From contig JAYQUJ010000010.1 of assembly GCA_038147895.1 (NCBI GenBank), forward strand, positions 312 through 64,311: 64,000 bases of DNA, written 5' to 3'. This DNA is from Pseudomonas sp. (GTDB lineage: Bacteria > Pseudomonadota > Gammaproteobacteria > Pseudomonadales > Pseudomonadaceae). The notes under the pieces were generated by a model that did not search any database, was not told the origin of the DNA, and worked only from the letters and a program-made list of their open reading frames with translations. The position numbers and the translations under genes are program-made. This document shows, piece by piece, positions 50,529 to 59,751 of the stretch (the first letter of the stretch is position 1; every line of letters begins with the position of its first letter).

Positions 50529-50999
50529 GTGGACAGCAGCAAGAACCAGCTGAGAGCCCCGTCCATGCACAAGTTCGCCCATCACAGTTTCGGTATGCAG
50601 TTGGCCCAGTTGTCCCGCGCCTGGCGCGCGGAGCTGGATCGGCGCCTTTCAGGTCTTGGCCTGTCCCAGGCACGCTGGTTGGTGCTGCTGCACCTGGCCC
50701 TGCTCAAGGAAGCCCCCACCCAGCGCGAGCTGGCGCAAACCGTAGGCGTGGAAGGGCCGACTCTGGCGCGTCTGCTCGATGGCCTGGAGGGCCAGGAGCT
50801 GGTGCAGCGTATTGCCGTTCCCGAGGATCGCCGGGCCAAGAAGGTGGTGCTTACCGCCAAGGCACGTCCGCTGATCGAGCAGATCGAGAGCATCGCCCAG
50901 CAACTGCGGGCGGAGCTGTTTGCCGGTATCAGTGAGGAAGAGCAGCAGATTTGCCAGCGTGTACATGCGCGTATCCTGGCCAATCTGGAACGCTCATAA
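50529..50999 (+). CDS. MarR family transcriptional regulator
   Basis: ...LGLSQARWLVLLHLALLKEAPTQRELAQTVGVEGPTLARLLDGLE... winged HTH. The start is ambiguous (GTG 50529 or ATG 50565). Confidence 0.85.
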   Translation: MDSSKNQLRAPSMHKFAHHSFGMQLAQLSRAWRAELDRRLSGLGLSQARWLVLLHLALLKEAPTQRELAQTVGVEGPTLARLLDGLEGQELVQRIAVPEDRRAKKVVLTAKARPLIEQIESIAQQLRAELFAGISEEEQQICQRVHARILANLERS

Positions 51000-51249
51000 G
51001 AGCTTGTTGTTTTTTGGTCTGTCGTTTTTATCACCAAATAGAATGAGAGCTGGTTGGCATTTATAGGGTTGCATTAATATGCTGGCCCTATGCCCGTCAG
51101 TTTCGTGCACCTTTCCAGGCGCTCTGGCCGGCACATTCGTTGCCGGGCCGCCAGGGATTGCCCCCCGACAGTTGTCACCTCACGCGCCAAGCCAACCAGG
51201 GAATGCAGGCTCAGAGAAGCAGAGCGGGCGCGTATGAGGGGAGGGCCTC

Positions 51250-53304
51250 ATGGCTCGATTTCGTCTTTTGCTGCTGGGCTTGGCCTCGGGGTCGGTCTTC
51301 TATTCGGGCATCGTGCCTGCCTTGGGCCTGGGTGAGATAAATCTGCACTCGGCGCTCAACCAACCACTGGATGCCGAAATCGAGCTGCTTCAGGTCGGTG
51401 ACCTGGGCGATCAGGACATCAAGGTGCGTCTGGCCTCCGCCGAGGAGTTCAACCGAATCGGCGTAGAGCGCTTCTACTTTCTCAACGACCTGCGTTTCAC
51501 CCCGGTATTGCGCGGCGGGCGCGGATTGGTCCGCGTGCAATCGAGTAAGCCGGTACGCGAGCCTTACCTGAATTTCATCGTTGAAGTAGCCAGGCCGGGT
51601 GGCAACCTGTTGCGTGAGTACACGGTACTGATCGATCCGCCGGGTTCATCCACCTACGCTCCGCCGGCGGCACCATTGCCCGCGCCGGTGGCGAACACAT
51701 GGCGGCGTGATCCTGAGCGGCCTTTGCCGCAGGCCGTGAATGGCGAGCGCTACCAGGTGCAGCGCGGCGACAGCCTGTGGACGATTGCGGGCCGCTTGCA
51801 GGGCAGCGCAGCCTCCGGCTCTCGTGAAGCCTTGATGAGCGACATTCTCGCCCTCAACCCGCAGGCCTTCAGCAACGGTGATCCTGGTCGCCTGCTGGCG
51901 GGAGCCCAGCTGCTGCTGCCCGACTATGCCCAGGCCGCACCGGTCGCCGAGCCTGCCGCTGTGCCCGCGGTCACTCCGGCTCCTGCCAGTCAGGCTGCCC
52001 AGGCAACAGCAGACGCCGCTGAGGTGGAAGAGCCCCAGGCGCAAGTCGAACAGGAGCGCCTGGCTGCCGAGCTGGTTCAGGTGAATGCGCAGAACCTGCA
52101 GTTGCAGAACACCCTGAGCCAGCTGCAGGAGCAACTCCAGCAACTGCAGACACAGATGGCCGAGAAGGATCTGCAGATGCAGCAGATCCGTACTCAGCTG
52201 GAGCAGCAGGCTGCACCCGCAGAGCCTTCCGTCCCGGTTGCGCCACAGGCTGTTGCCCCGGTAGTGGAATCGCGGGGCATGGCCTGGGGGCTCTGGCTCG
52301 CGGCTGCCCTGGCTCTGCTGCTGTTACTTGCGGGCATAGCTCTGCTGGCCCGGCGGCGCAAGCCTCAGCCCGAACCCCAGCCGCAGCGTCAGCCGCCAGT
52401 GGAACCGCGCATGGAGTCCAGGCCGGTGGTGCAAAAAGCCGAAGAGATGGAAGCGCCTGTACCTGCACCGGTCAGGGTGGCGGCGCCGTCTGCACCTCAG
52501 CCCAAGGCCCAGCCGGCAACCGACCCACTGGAGGGGGCCAACATCTATATCGCCTATGGACGCTTTGCCGATGCTGCCAACAGCCTGCGAAAGGCCATCG
52601 AGCAGCAGCCTGATCGCCTGGATCTGCGTCTGCGCATGCTGGAGGTCTGTGGCGAGCTGGGTGATGCCGATGCTTTCTTTGAGCAGGAGCGGCAGCTGCA
52701 TGAAATGGGCGCCAGCCACGTGCAGATCGATCAGGTACGGGCACGCTACAGCGACCTGCAGAAAGGTCGGCAGAGCGCTACACCGGCCGCCAGAGAGCAA
52801 AGCGAGCAGGCTGCTTTGCTGCAGGACGACTTCCAGCTCAACCTGGACGATCTGTCGCTGGATGCCGACTGGGGGCTGACCAGCCCGTTCCAGCCCGAGC
52901 AATCGGCCCGGGCCAAGGCCGAAAAGGCCAGGCAGGATCTGCACGACCCTGACTTCAGCTCCAATCTGCAGGAGTTGCCCGAGGTGGCCGAGATGAGCGC
53001 GGACGATGGCCTGCTGGCCACCTTTGCCGAGCTGCCTCAGGAACAAGTGCTGGATGCCGACTTCATCGACGCCTTCGACATCCAGCAGGTGGAACATCAG
53101 CCCTTGCGTGGCATGGAGCCCATGTCTGGTGATCTCGACCATCTGGCCGGTAATCGTGACCATCTGGTGCGCCTCAATACCGCGCTGGCTTATATCGAGC
53201 AGGGGGACATCGGCAGCGCCTGCGACATCCTCAACGAGCTGATCAGCCAGGGTGACGAACAGCAGCGCGAACGGGCCCGCGAGCTGCTGGCGAAAATCGC
53301 CTGA
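51250..53304 (+). CDS. FimV/HubP-family protein (shorter FimV paralog): LysM, coiled coil, TM, and C-terminal TPR/FimV motif
   Basis: N-terminus LGLGEINLHSALNQPLDAEIEL. LysM (YQVQRGDSLWTIA). TM segment WGLWLAAALALLLLLAGIALL. C-terminal ALAYIEQGDIGSACDILNELI. Confidence 0.8.
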   Translation: MARFRLLLLGLASGSVFYSGIVPALGLGEINLHSALNQPLDAEIELLQVGDLGDQDIKVRLASAEEFNRIGVERFYFLNDLRFTPVLRGGRGLVRVQSSKPVREPYLNFIVEVARPGGNLLREYTVLIDPPGSSTYAPPAAPLPAPVANTWRRDPERPLPQAVNGERYQVQRGDSLWTIAGRLQGSAASGSREALMSDILALNPQAFSNGDPGRLLAGAQLLLPDYAQAAPVAEPAAVPAVTPAPASQAAQATADAAEVEEPQAQVEQERLAAELVQVNAQNLQLQNTLSQLQEQLQQLQTQMAEKDLQMQQIRTQLEQQAAPAEPSVPVAPQAVAPVVESRGMAWGLWLAAALALLLLLAGIALLARRRKPQPEPQPQRQPPVEPRMESRPVVQKAEEMEAPVPAPVRVAAPSAPQPKAQPATDPLEGANIYIAYGRFADAANSLRKAIEQQPDRLDLRLRMLEVCGELGDADAFFEQERQLHEMGASHVQIDQVRARYSDLQKGRQSATPAAREQSEQAALLQDDFQLNLDDLSLDADWGLTSPFQPEQSARAKAEKARQDLHDPDFSSNLQELPEVAEMSADDGLLATFAELPQEQVLDADFIDAFDIQQVEHQPLRGMEPMSGDLDHLAGNRDHLVRLNTALAYIEQGDIGSACDILNELISQGDEQQRERARELLAKIA

Positions 53305-53324
53305 ACACGGATTCAGGGCGGGAA

Positions 53325-53355
53325 GACAGCGCCGCGGCATAACCGCGGCGTTGTC
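53325..53355 (+). terminator. Hairpin terminator after the FimV-like gene
   Basis: GACAGCGCCGCGG-cataa-CCGCGGCGTTGTC followed by CTTTG. Confidence 0.65.
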
Positions 53356-53401
53356 CTTTGTGCGGCGTTATCATGCCGGCCCGAATCGAATGGAGCTTGC
53401 C

Positions 53402-53677
53402 ATGAGCAAACCGGAAGTGGTGATCACCTATTGCACCCAGTGCCAATGGCTGCTGCGCGCGGCCTGGCTGGCCCAGGAGTTGCTCAGCACCTTTGCCGAC
53501 GAGCTGGGCATGGTCAGCCTGGAACCGGGCACGGGCGGCGTGTTTCGTATCGTCTGCGATGGCGTGCAGTTGTGGGAGCGCAAGGCCGATGGCGGTTTTC
53601 CCGAGGCCAAGGAGCTCAAGCAGCGTTTGCGCGACCTGATCGATCCCGAGCGCGACCTGGGGCATATCGATCGCTAG
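53402..53677 (+). CDS. SelT/SelW/SelH (Rdx) family thioredoxin-like protein, Cys form
   Basis: MSKPEVVITYCTQCQW..., with the CxxC at the Rdx position. GGAG lies 6 nt upstream. Confidence 0.8.
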   Translation: MSKPEVVITYCTQCQWLLRAAWLAQELLSTFADELGMVSLEPGTGGVFRIVCDGVQLWERKADGGFPEAKELKQRLRDLIDPERDLGHIDR

Positions 53678-53784
53678 CCCCTTTGTATCAGGGCCTTTAC
53701 CCAGCTTTTACCGGGCTCTGACGTTGCTCGCCCCCGGTCTGCAGGACAATTCAGCTTCCAGAATCCTTCTTGAGGTGAATCGTC

Positions 53785-54282
53785 ATGCGCCGCGCCCTGC
53801 GACTTCTCGGGCTCAGTCTGCTTACTTTCAGCCTGTCCGGCATGCTCCTGGCAGCACCGCCCGGCCCGGGCGGCCATGGTGGGCCCGGTGGCTACGGTGG
53901 CCCAGGCCCCGGCGGCGGGCATCATGGTGGCCACGGCTTGCCCGATTATGCCCGTGAGCTGTGGATCGGCAGCGTGCTGTACTTCGTCGCCGCCGGTACC
54001 TACTACCTGTGGAATGCCAACACCCAGCGCTACGAGGTGGCCAGCCCGCCACCGGTGGTGCAGGACAACAGCGTGGCCAGCTACGAGGTGATCGCCTATC
54101 CGGCACGCGGCCAGAGTGCCGACCTGCAGGCGCGGGATCGTTACGAGTGCCACAGCTGGGCGGTCGGGCAGAGCGGTTTCGATCCATCCACGGCAACCCG
54201 CCCGGTCGGTGCCGACACCGCCGAGCGCTACCGTCGTGCCCTGGGCGCCTGTCTCAGCGGGCGCGGCTACAGCGTCAACTGA
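53785..54282 (+). CDS. Secreted Gly/His/Pro-rich protein, hypothetical
   Basis: Signal peptide. GPGGHGGPGGYGGPGPGGGHHGGHG tract. C-terminal DRYECHSWA..QSGFDP...ACLSGRGYSV module. Confidence 0.65.
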   Translation: MRRALRLLGLSLLTFSLSGMLLAAPPGPGGHGGPGGYGGPGPGGGHHGGHGLPDYARELWIGSVLYFVAAGTYYLWNANTQRYEVASPPPVVQDNSVASYEVIAYPARGQSADLQARDRYECHSWAVGQSGFDPSTATRPVGADTAERYRRALGACLSGRGYSVN

Positions 54283-55147
54283 GGTCCTCGACGGTGGCGG
54301 CGTGCTTGCTCAGGCGGGCCGAGATCAGCGTGGCCAGCAGGATCAGTACGCCGCCGAAAACCATGCGCAGACCGGGCTCCTCGTTGAACAGCCACCAGGC
54401 AAAGAGGATGCCGTAGACCGGCTCCAGGGCAAATACCACCGAGGCGCTACGCGCATTCAGTACGCGCAGGCTGGCCACGAACAGGCTGTGGGCCAGGGCG
54501 GTGCAGAGCAGGCCGAGCAGGGCGATCCACAGCCAGTCCAGGGGGCGGACAGCGGGCAACGCCGTCCACACCAGCGGCAGGGTACAGATCAGGATGCCGA
54601 GGTTCTGCCATAGCGCCGCCTGGGCCGGCTCCACGCCCTTGGTGGTGGCGCGGTTGCTCACCGATACCAGGGCGAACAGCAGGCCCGAGAGGATTGCCCA
54701 GACCAGCCCCAGCGTGGCCTCGCTGCCGAAGTTGAAGTGTGGCGTAACCAGCACCAGCCCCGAACAGACCAGGCCGACTACCAGCCATTCGACGCTGCGG
54801 ATGCGCTCACGGAACAGGATGCCTTCGAGCAGCACGGTGAAGGCGGGAAAGCTGGCGAAGCCGAGCGTGGCCACGCCGACGCCGGAAACCTTCACGGCAA
54901 TGAAGAAGGTCCACCAGTGCCCGCCCAGCAGCAGGCCGGCGCCGGCCAGTGCCAGGCGGTGACGCCCGCTCAGGTGTCGGGTGGTCTCGGCGAGGTGGCT
55001 GAACAGGCCCAGGGCGCCCACGGCGAACAGGGCGCGGCCGAACACGATCACCAGGGGCGCGGCCAGGGCCAGCTTGCCGAAGATGCCGGAGAGGCCGAAG
55101 CAGACTGCGCCCAGGTGCAGGGCGAAAAGCGCGGTGCGGTGTTGCAT
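54275..55147 (-). CDS. DMT superfamily (EamA) transporter
   Basis: 10-TM protein. ATG 55147 was preferred because the longer ATG 55201 start would overlap csaA. Confidence 0.82.
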   Translation of the reverse strand: MQHRTALFALHLGAVCFGLSGIFGKLALAAPLVIVFGRALFAVGALGLFSHLAETTRHLSGRHRLALAGAGLLLGGHWWTFFIAVKVSGVGVATLGFASFPAFTVLLEGILFRERIRSVEWLVVGLVCSGLVLVTPHFNFGSEATLGLVWAILSGLLFALVSVSNRATTKGVEPAQAALWQNLGILICTLPLVWTALPAVRPLDWLWIALLGLLCTALAHSLFVASLRVLNARSASVVFALEPVYGILFAWWLFNEEPGLRMVFGGVLILLATLISARLSKHAATVEDLS

Positions 55148-55181
55148 CAGGTTTTCCGGAGTGGGGTTGGAAGAGAGGTCT

Positions 55182-55517
55182 TCATGCCAGACGAGCGCCA
55201 TTGGCCAATGGTCGGTCGAAACCGGCCAGCACCACCTTGCCCTGCGGGTCGTAGGCGCCGGTCACCAGCACCTCCGAGCGTACCCCGGCGATGTGCTTGG
55301 GCGCGAAGTTGCATACGCACAGTACCTGGCGGCCAATCAGTTCCTCGGCACTGTAGTGTTCGGTGATTTGTGCGCTGGAGGTCTTCACTCCCAGCTCGCC
55401 CAGGTCGACCTCCAGTACATAGGCAGGCTTGCGGGCAGCGCTATTGGGGCGGGCGCTGAGCAGGGTGCCGACACGCAGCTCCACTTGCTCGAAGTCCTGC
55501 CATTCGATGGTCGGCAC
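55182..55517 (-). CDS. csaA: tRNA-binding-domain chaperone CsaA
   Basis: 111 aa. ...VELRVGTLLSA......KPAY.LEVDLGELG...SSAQIT..Y. GTG start. Confidence 0.85.
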   Translation of the reverse strand: MPTIEWQDFEQVELRVGTLLSARPNSAARKPAYVLEVDLGELGVKTSSAQITEHYSAEELIGRQVLCVCNFAPKHIAGVRSEVLVTGAYDPQGKVVLAGFDRPLANGARLA

Positions 55518-55580
55518 CTTGGCGTCTCTCCTGGATGGGTCGGCAGAGTCTAGGATCTGGCGGGTGCCGAGTCTGTCGCG

Positions 55581-56351
55581 CTACTCGCGAGGATTGTCGT
55601 GCGTCTCGCGCGCCTGGCGGCGTAGCTCGCGCGGGGTGGTACCCAGCTCACGCACCAGGGCTGCAGTGAAAGCGCTCTGCGAACCATAGCCGACCCGGGC
55701 GGCAATCTCGCCGACTGCTAGGTTGCTGCCCAGTAGCAGCTCGCGGCCCAGTTGCAGGCGGCGCTGGCGCACGTGCTCCATCGGCGTGCGCCCGGTTTCG
55801 TCGAGGAAACGGGCGTGGAAGCGGGCGGCCGACAGGTTGCACAGACGTGCCAGGTCGGCCACTTCCAGGGGGCGGGCGCAGTGCTGGTCGATATGGGCGT
55901 CGAGGCGTGCCAGCGGCAGGCCGGAAGGGACAGGGGCCGCATGGGCGCCGCTGAGGCTGGCCAACAGCAGGGCTGCGCCCTGCTGGGCAATCACCGTGTC
56001 ATCCAGCGGGCTGGCGGCGAGCCAGTTGACCAACTGGCTCTGTGTCGGGCTGAGTTGCAGGCGCCCCGGCTTCTCCAGCAAGCGCCTGCCGTTGTCGAAA
56101 TGATGGCCGAGACGCTGCTGCAGCCAGGCTTCCTCCGGCACGTCCAGCACCAGGCAGTGGCTGCCCTGGACGCTGGCGCAGGCATGGTGGGCATCACAGG
56201 GCACCACGGCCAGGCTGGTGCTGGCGATCTCGCAGCCCTGACCATCGACCTCGAAAACGAGGCGCCCGGACAGGCCGAATACCAGCTGGGCGTGGTCGTG
56301 ACTGTGGGCGATCTGTTCGTGGTAGTGGCGCAGCGAGAGCAGGTGAGACAT
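55581..56351 (-). CDS. AraC family transcriptional regulator with cupin N-terminal domain
   Basis: 256 aa with a C-terminal dual HTH. Divergent from plcP. Confidence 0.85.
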   Translation of the reverse strand: MSHLLSLRHYHEQIAHSHDHAQLVFGLSGRLVFEVDGQGCEIASTSLAVVPCDAHHACASVQGSHCLVLDVPEEAWLQQRLGHHFDNGRRLLEKPGRLQLSPTQSQLVNWLAASPLDDTVIAQQGAALLLASLSGAHAAPVPSGLPLARLDAHIDQHCARPLEVADLARLCNLSAARFHARFLDETGRTPMEHVRQRRLQLGRELLLGSNLAVGEIAARVGYGSQSAFTAALVRELGTTPRELRRQARETHDNPRE

Positions 56352-56401
56352 GGCGGGCTCCTGAACGAGCGGTCAGTGTACACGGCGCTTGTGCGGCTTT
56401 G

Positions 56402-56441
56402 CTGTCATGCAATGGTCACGGCTCGGTCACTTGCACTTCAC
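56402..56441 (+). promoter_or_regulatory. Two tandem PHO boxes (four 7-bp repeats in 11-bp phase) upstream of plcP
   Basis: CTGTCAT gcaa TGGTCAC ggct CGGTCAC ttgc ACTTCAC. The array ends 42 nt before ATG 56484. Confidence 0.7.
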
Positions 56442-56483
56442 TGCGGCGGCGCACGCTTGACCAAACCCAGCCGGAGGCCGCCC

Positions 56484-57293
56484 ATGAGCATCGCCGAGCG
56501 CAGCAAGCCCAGCCGCAAGCAGCATGTCCGCACCCTGTGGATTTCCGACGTCCATCTAGGTACCCGCGACTGCCAGGCCGAACGCCTGGCGGCTTTCCTC
56601 AAGCGCTACCAGGCTGACCGCGTGTATCTGGTCGGCGACATCATCGATGGCTGGAAGCTGCGTGGCGGCATCTACTGGCCGCAGGCCCACACCAACGTGA
56701 TCCGCCGCCTGCTGACCATGAGCAAGCGCGGCACCGAGGTGATCTACGTCACCGGCAACCACGACGAATTCCTGCGCCGCTACTCGACGCTGATCCTCGG
56801 CAATATCCAGCTGGTCGACGAGGCGGTGCACGAGACGGCCGACGGCCGCAAGCTGCTGGTGATCCACGGCGACCAGTTCGACGTGATCACCCGTTACCAC
56901 AAGTGGCTGGCCTTCCTCGGCGACTCGGCCTACGAGTTCACCCTGACCCTCAACCGCTGGCTCAACCACTGGCGCGAGCGCTGGGGCTATGGCTACTGGT
57001 CGCTGTCGGCCTTCCTCAAGCACAAGGTCAAGACGGCAGTGAACTTCATCAGCGACTTCGAGGAGTCCATCGCCCACGAATGCGTGAAGCGTGGCCTGGA
57101 TGGCGCCGTCTGCGGGCATATCCACCATGCCGAGATCCGTAAGGTGAACGGCGTCGACTACATGAACTGCGGTGACTGGGTGGAGTCCTGCACGGCGCTG
57201 ATCGAGCATCTGGACGGCAGCATCCAGCTCTACCGCCTGGCCGAGGATCAGACGGCCGAGTCCCGGGTCGTCGCGCTTGAGCATGTCGCGTGA
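56484..57293 (+). CDS. plcP: LpxH-like calcineurin-type metallophosphoesterase. Probable phospholipase C PlcP used in phosphate-stress lipid remodelling.
   Basis: LWISDVHLG...GDIIDGW...VTGNHDE...HGDQFD...CGHIHH motifs. GGAGG lies 6 nt upstream. The track ORF start at 55752 is a spurious extension antisense to the AraC gene. Confidence 0.8.
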   Translation: MSIAERSKPSRKQHVRTLWISDVHLGTRDCQAERLAAFLKRYQADRVYLVGDIIDGWKLRGGIYWPQAHTNVIRRLLTMSKRGTEVIYVTGNHDEFLRRYSTLILGNIQLVDEAVHETADGRKLLVIHGDQFDVITRYHKWLAFLGDSAYEFTLTLNRWLNHWRERWGYGYWSLSAFLKHKVKTAVNFISDFEESIAHECVKRGLDGAVCGHIHHAEIRKVNGVDYMNCGDWVESCTALIEHLDGSIQLYRLAEDQTAESRVVALEHVA

Positions 57294-58315
57294 GGATTCT
57301 CATCGTCAGCGACGCCTGGCATCCCCAGGTCAACGGCGTGGTGACCAGCCTGCAGGCGCTGGTCAGCGAGCTGCGCGGCCTGGGTCACCTGGTCAAGCTG
57401 CTGTCGCCGCAGGACTTTCGCCATGTGCCGTGTCCGAGCTATGGGGAGATACCCCTGGCCTGGGATCTGTGGCGGGTCGGCCCGGCGATCCGCGACTTTC
57501 GCCCGGACTGCGTGCACCTGGCCACCGAAGGCCCGTTGGGCTGGGCGGCCCGGCACTGGCTGAGCAGGCGCGGACTGGCCTTCTCCACGGCTATTCACAC
57601 CCGCTTTCCCGAGTACGTGAGCACGCGCTGGCCTCGGATTCCACTGGCCTGGGGCTACTCCTACCTGCGTCGCTTCCATCGCCCGAGTCAGGCGGTGCTG
57701 GTCAGTACCGAGCGGCTGCGTGAGGAGTTTGCACAGTGGCGTTTGCCGCGCCTGCAACTGTGGCGCAAGGGCGTCGATACCGAGCTGTTCTATCCCCGTG
57801 AAACTGTGCGGGAGACACCGGTATTTCTCTATGTCGGGCGTCTGGCGACGGAGAAGAATCTGCGAGCCTTCCTCGACTTGGATTTGCCAGGTGAAAAGCG
57901 CGTAGTGGGCGATGGCCCCGAGCGCGGAGAGCTACAGGCGGCTTACCCGAACGTCCATTTTCTCGGTTATCAGCAGGGCGAGGTGCTGGCGCAGTCCTTT
58001 GCCGCGGCCAGCGTACTGGTGTTCCCCTCGCGCACCGATACCTACGGGCTGGTGATGCTGGAGGCCCTGGCCTGCGGCACACCCGTGGCAGCTTTTCCGG
58101 TGGCGGGGCCGCTGGACGTGCTGGAGGCGGGCGTTACCGGCGTGATGAGCGAGGACTTGCGCGAGGCCTGCCAGGCGGCGTTGCAGCTGGATCGCGCCCT
58201 GTGCGCGGAACATGCGGCGCGGCAGTCCTGGCGGGCGTCTGCGCTGGAGTTCCTGGCCAGTCAGCCGTTGCTCGATGGCGAGCTGCTGGAGCAGCAGGAC
58301 TGGTTGCCGGCCTAG
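57290..58315 (+). CDS. GT4 (group 1) glycosyltransferase. Probable diacylglycerol glycosyltransferase Agt.
   Basis: MRILIVSDAWHPQVNGVV... and a C-terminal ...PSRTDTYGLVMLEALACGTPV (E-x7-E region). GTGA overlap with plcP. Confidence 0.8.
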   Translation: MRILIVSDAWHPQVNGVVTSLQALVSELRGLGHLVKLLSPQDFRHVPCPSYGEIPLAWDLWRVGPAIRDFRPDCVHLATEGPLGWAARHWLSRRGLAFSTAIHTRFPEYVSTRWPRIPLAWGYSYLRRFHRPSQAVLVSTERLREEFAQWRLPRLQLWRKGVDTELFYPRETVRETPVFLYVGRLATEKNLRAFLDLDLPGEKRVVGDGPERGELQAAYPNVHFLGYQQGEVLAQSFAAASVLVFPSRTDTYGLVMLEALACGTPVAAFPVAGPLDVLEAGVTGVMSEDLREACQAALQLDRALCAEHAARQSWRASALEFLASQPLLDGELLEQQDWLPA

Positions 58316-58328
58316 GTACTGCTGCTCG

Positions 58329-58364
58329 AAACGACAAGGCCGCCTTTCGGCGGCCTTGTCGTTT
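58329..58364. terminator. Strong bidirectional hairpin between agt and cyaB
   Basis: AAACGACAAGGCCGCC-tttc-GGCGGCCTTGTCGTTT. It overlaps the cyaB stop codon. Confidence 0.85.
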
Positions 58365-59751
58365 ACAGAATGACCTTGTCGCGCAGCTTGTCGGCTGCGT
58401 GATTCAGGGCCTGGATGACTTTCTCCTTGTCGTAGTTCTGGATGCCGTTGGTATCCAGGTACATGGAGAAGCCGGGCAGTTCGTGCTCGACGTAGCTGGA
58501 GCGGGCGCCCAGGTCGCGGCGGAAATCCACCACCTGGTAGATCTGCACCGGGCGGCTGAAGCCCTTGACCGCAATCTGGCCCTTGTCGCGGCACATGATC
58601 ACGTCCTTGATCAGCGAGTAGGTCTCGTGGGAGATGAGGATCTCGCCGGCTTCCGAGGAGCTTTCCAGGCGGCTGGCCAGGTTCACTTCGCGGCCGATGA
58701 TGGTGTAGTCCATGCGCGTGTCGGCGCCGAAGTTGCCGACGGTGCAGTAGCCGGTGTTGAGGCCCATGCGGATTTCCAGCGGCTTGGTGATGCCCTGGGC
58801 ACGCCACTGCTGGCGCAGCACCTTCATGTGCTTGCGCATGGCGATGGCCATGGACACTGCATTCACCGCGTCCTTCTTGGCGCCCTGGCTCGATGGGTCG
58901 CCGAAGAACACCAGCACGCTGTCGCCGACGAACTTGTCGATGGTGCCGCCGTACTTGAGGGCGATCTTCGACATTTCGTTGAGGTAGGTGTTGAGCAGGT
59001 CGGTGAGCTGCTCGGCTTCCAGTTCCTCGGCCAGCTCGGTAAAGCCCTTGATGTCGGAGAAGAACACGGTGAGCTTCTTGCGCTGGGTCTCCAGGCGCAC
59101 ATGCTTCTTGCCGCTGAAAATCAGCTCCCAGACCTGGGGCGACAGGTACTTGGCCAGGTTGCGCGCCAGGCGCGCGGCCTTTTCCTGTTCGCGCTTGATC
59201 TCGTGGCGGGCCAGGGTCAGGCGCAGGCCCTGCTCATGCACGAAGAAGGCGGTGATACAGACATACAGGGTGCTCAGCAGAATGCTGACCAGCGCGACCA
59301 GGGTCGGGGTGTTGGTGTTGATCTCGGGGTGAATCAGGGCGGTGTTGAGCGCCATGCTGCCGGTGGCGATCAGCACGGCCAGGCCCATCTGGCGCACGCC
59401 GCCGGCGATCAGCGCACTGAAACACAGGGTCAGCAGAAACATCAGCCCCGGCACCACCGAGAACCCCATCAGCACCGCGGCAGCACCAGCGTGCACAGCA
59501 TCGATGAACATCAGGGTGAGGTTGGTCTTCTCCGGGTAATCACGCTTGAAGCGGTTGCTCAGGTGATAGGCCAGGTGAGGGTAGAGCAGCGCGTAGGGCA
59601 CCATCCACAGGATGGCGTAGGCGAAGTGGTTGACGTAGGTGCCGGCGGCGATGGCGGCGGCGGGGGCGATGTAAGCCAGCACCCGCGAGTAGTATTCGCG
59701 CAGCAACGGGGCAGGTTGCGCCCTGAGTACTTCCTGGACGTTGGACTTCAT
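58363..59751 (-). CDS. cyaB: Class III adenylate cyclase with N-terminal MASE2 membrane domain (CyaB-like)
   Basis: 462 aa. Cyclase core ...TVFFSDIKGFT...GGTIDKFVGDSVLVFFG...GLNTGYCTVGNFG....YTIIGREVNLASRLE. Confidence 0.88.
   Translation of the reverse strand: MKSNVQEVLRAQPAPLLREYYSRVLAYIAPAAAIAAGTYVNHFAYAILWMVPYALLYPHLAYHLSNRFKRDYPEKTNLTLMFIDAVHAGAAAVLMGFSVVPGLMFLLTLCFSALIAGGVRQMGLAVLIATGSMALNTALIHPEINTNTPTLVALVSILLSTLYVCITAFFVHEQGLRLTLARHEIKREQEKAARLARNLAKYLSPQVWELIFSGKKHVRLETQRKKLTVFFSDIKGFTELAEELEAEQLTDLLNTYLNEMSKIALKYGGTIDKFVGDSVLVFFGDPSSQGAKKDAVNAVSMAIAMRKHMKVLRQQWRAQGITKPLEIRMGLNTGYCTVGNFGADTRMDYTIIGREVNLASRLESSSEAGEILISHETYSLIKDVIMCRDKGQIAVKGFSRPVQIYQVVDFRRDLGARSSYVEHELPGFSMYLDTNGIQNYDKEKVIQALNHAADKLRDKVIL

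Noticed and set aside
51053-51075. A sigma-54-like TGGCA...TTGCA motif upstream of the FimV-like gene.
   Set aside because: The GG-to-GC spacing is 3 nt too long for a -24/-12 promoter.
55752-56483. A 244-codon N-terminal extension of the plcP ORF, as given in the ORF track.
   Set aside because: The extension is antisense to the AraC gene and would run through the PHO boxes. The conserved metallophosphoesterase N-terminus (LWISDVHLG) follows the ATG at 56484, which has a GGAGG RBS.
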